Origin: Candidatus Woesearchaeota archaeon
GTDB taxonomy: Archaea > Nanobdellota > Nanobdellia > Pacearchaeales > GW2011-AR1
Reading direction: 5' to 3'
Assembly (NCBI GenBank): GCA_964447315.1
Contig: CAYURQ010000001.1
Coordinates: 27,351 to 91,350 of the forward strand
DNA: 64,000 bases
Positions 63,514 through 64,000 of this stretch are shown in pieces. Every line of letters starts with the position of its first letter. Position 1 is the stretch's first letter. The notes under the pieces are model-generated. The model was given only the letters and a program-made list of their open reading frames with translations. It made no database searches and was not told where the DNA came from. The translations under genes and the position numbers were made by a program.

Positions 63514-63927
63514 TTATTCATCTAAATGTTTTCTTAATTCTTGAATTATTTCAGGAATTTCTTTTAATGCATTTTTTACTGTTGAAATATCTATGTCATC
63601 TCCATAGTAATTTATTCCATGTCTTAGCTTTCTGTATCTGTCAAATTTCATTGAGATTTTTTCTTGTTTAAGAACATCTTTTAGGAAATAAGTAATTACT
63701 TCATGTGAATTGAATTTATATCCTTTTGAGAAACCAATTGCCTCACAATATTGCCTAAGGCCCTCATATAATTCTCTAAATACAGATTTTATAGTTACTT
63801 CATTTAAAGGTATTAGTTTTGCTGTTTTTACTGCTTGTTCTGCTGATTTTGCAATACTCTTGGCTCTGATTGGATTTTTAATTCTTTTTTGAGCATATCC
63901 TTTTTTAATGCTATTTTCAAAGTTCAT
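63514..63927 (-). CDS. HEPN-domain protein
   Basis: 'RYRKLRHGINYYG' is the HEPN R-x4-H-type motif. Its start overlaps the stop of the upstream gene by 1 nt. Confidence 0.7.
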   Translation of the reverse strand: MNFENSIKKGYAQKRIKNPIRAKSIAKSAEQAVKTAKLIPLNEVTIKSVFRELYEGLRQYCEAIGFSKGYKFNSHEVITYFLKDVLKQEKISMKFDRYRKLRHGINYYGDDIDISTVKNALKEIPEIIQELRKHLDE

Positions 63928-64000
63928 TATAAAACCTCTAAATTTCCATTTACTGTAATTCCATTAATTATGTTATTTAGCAATTCTTTATTTTTTTCTT
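63927..64000 (-). CDS. 3' end of a gene running off the window (probable MNT partner of the HEPN gene)
   Basis: The open frame reads '...KKNKELLNNIINGITVNGNLEVL*'. The identity is inferred only from the usual MNT-HEPN gene order. Confidence 0.3.
   Translation of the reverse strand, partial: EKNKELLNNIINGITVNGNLEVL

Noticed and set aside
1-64000. Search for tRNA, rRNA, C/D-box sRNA and CRISPR repeats in the relatively G+C-richer patches (for example 12871-12940, 33880-33950, 40380-40440 and 58320-58420).
   Set aside because: No cloverleaf-compatible segments (no GTTCRAAYC-like T-loop), no rRNA-like blocks, no RUGAUGA...CUGA pairs at sRNA spacing and no short regularly spaced repeats were seen. 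The G-rich patches are explained by the repeat family.

Overview
This is a strongly AT-rich (by eye, not computed) archaeal window with compact, reduced gene content that looks DPANN-like; the taxonomy is inference. All calls come from motif and pattern reading only, with no database search.

Layout:
- 0.5-19.7 kb: conserved information-processing block rpoH-rpoB-rpoA (A'/A'' fused in one ORF)-nusA-rps12-rps7-fusA ... uppP ... tuf ... dnaG. Many small lineage-specific ORFs are interspersed, and the usual L30e and S10 genes are absent.
- 19.8-27 kb: a two-gene pair with bacterial-looking modules (alpha-CTD-like HhH, and XRE-HTH plus sigma-70 region-4-like). Then an S-layer-like surface protein, an SMC-headed protein with a Rad50-style CxxC hook at its exact midpoint instead of a hinge, and RNase HII.
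- 27.8-46.7 kb: accessory cassette region. It holds RelBE-type modules, a DUF2283-like gene, a minimal CHAT/caspase-like protease candidate in a three-gene operon, two tandem Cys-rich paralogues, a Nudix gene, a HIT gene and a five-member small membrane-protein family. A 4,152-bp direct repeat occurs twice (constant offset 4,695 bp). A family of G-rich, same-strand repeat elements matches the 3' end of an intact small zinc-finger gene, including a 47-nt exact direct repeat 5.1 kb apart.
- 46.7-55.2 kb: surface-glycan cluster (flippase, methyltransferase, GT-C-like membrane protein, GT2, GT4, wecB, DUF2304-like, GT2).
- 56-64 kb: toxin-antitoxin/defence-type island. It carries a DUF4143-type AAA ATPase flanked by direct gene-fragment repeats, two Fic genes sharing an operator-like inverted repeat, two MNT/HEPN pairs, RelE-like modules and a nonsense-interrupted deoxyribosyltransferase-like gene.

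I recognised no rRNA, tRNA, CRISPR array, transposase or integrase. A recurrent promoter pattern (AAAnnTTTAWAWA centred about 26 nt before the ATG) suggests mostly leaderless transcripts, and I used it to correct several start codons.
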